Assembly (NCBI GenBank): GCA_026994915.1
Contig: JALWPY010000169.1
Location: 1 to 41,228, forward strand
DNA: 41,228 bases
DNA from: Campylobacterales bacterium
GTDB lineage: Bacteria; Campylobacterota; Campylobacteria; Campylobacterales; QNZT01
Reading direction: 5' to 3'
The notes beneath the pieces are model-generated. The model had not been told where the DNA came from, searched no databases, and saw only the letters and a list, made by a program, of their open reading frames with translations. Below are positions 41,137 through 41,228 of this stretch, piece by piece. Made by a program: the position numbers and the translations under genes. Every line of letters begins with the position of its first letter. The first letter of the stretch is position 1.

Positions 41137-41228
41137 TTACTTAGCTGCTGAACCGACAGTCTTTTTACGACCTTTTCTGGTTCTTGCATTTGTTTTTGTT
41201 TTTTGACCACGTACAGGAAGTCCACGTC
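41137..41228 (-). CDS. rpsM: 30S ribosomal protein S13, C-terminal fragment (partial at the window edge)
   Basis: My translation: RGLPVRGQKTKTNARTRKGRKKTVGSAAK*. Confidence 0.97.
   Translation of the reverse strand, partial: RGLPVRGQKTKTNARTRKGRKKTVGSAAK

Overview
A mostly housekeeping segment of a flagellated Campylobacterota (Epsilonproteobacteria) chromosome, inferred from gene order and promoter style. From left to right it holds: an alaS-maf-bioF operon with an embedded speD; murG-ftsW; sigma54-driven flgB-flgC-fliE followed by a class B PBP; rplM-rpsI; an orphan PqiA-like gene; hisZ-purA-fliJ-motE-DUF507-carA; a 10-gene Wzy-type polysaccharide locus (GT, galE, wecB, wecC, wzy, GT, heparinase II/III, wza, wzc, wecA); nifU-TPR-murE-ferredoxin-panD-ybaB-ispA-tkt; and the alpha operon (rpsM', rpsK, rpsD, rpoA, rplQ). 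I found no rRNA, tRNA, CRISPR array, transposase or defence gene. The most unusual signals are non-coding. Three different folded intergenic elements lie within about 4.4 kb. One is a 274-bp perfect four-way junction whose two loops are exactly complementary over 19 nt. A second is a twin-hairpin element with complementary loops sitting between flgB and flgC. The left edge carries an in-frame fusion of a host-like signal anchor to a high-GC vWA-like ORF that is absent from the ORF track, possibly a chimera. GC content and codon usage are also mosaic across core genes. Functional calls come from motif recognition only; no database searches were run.
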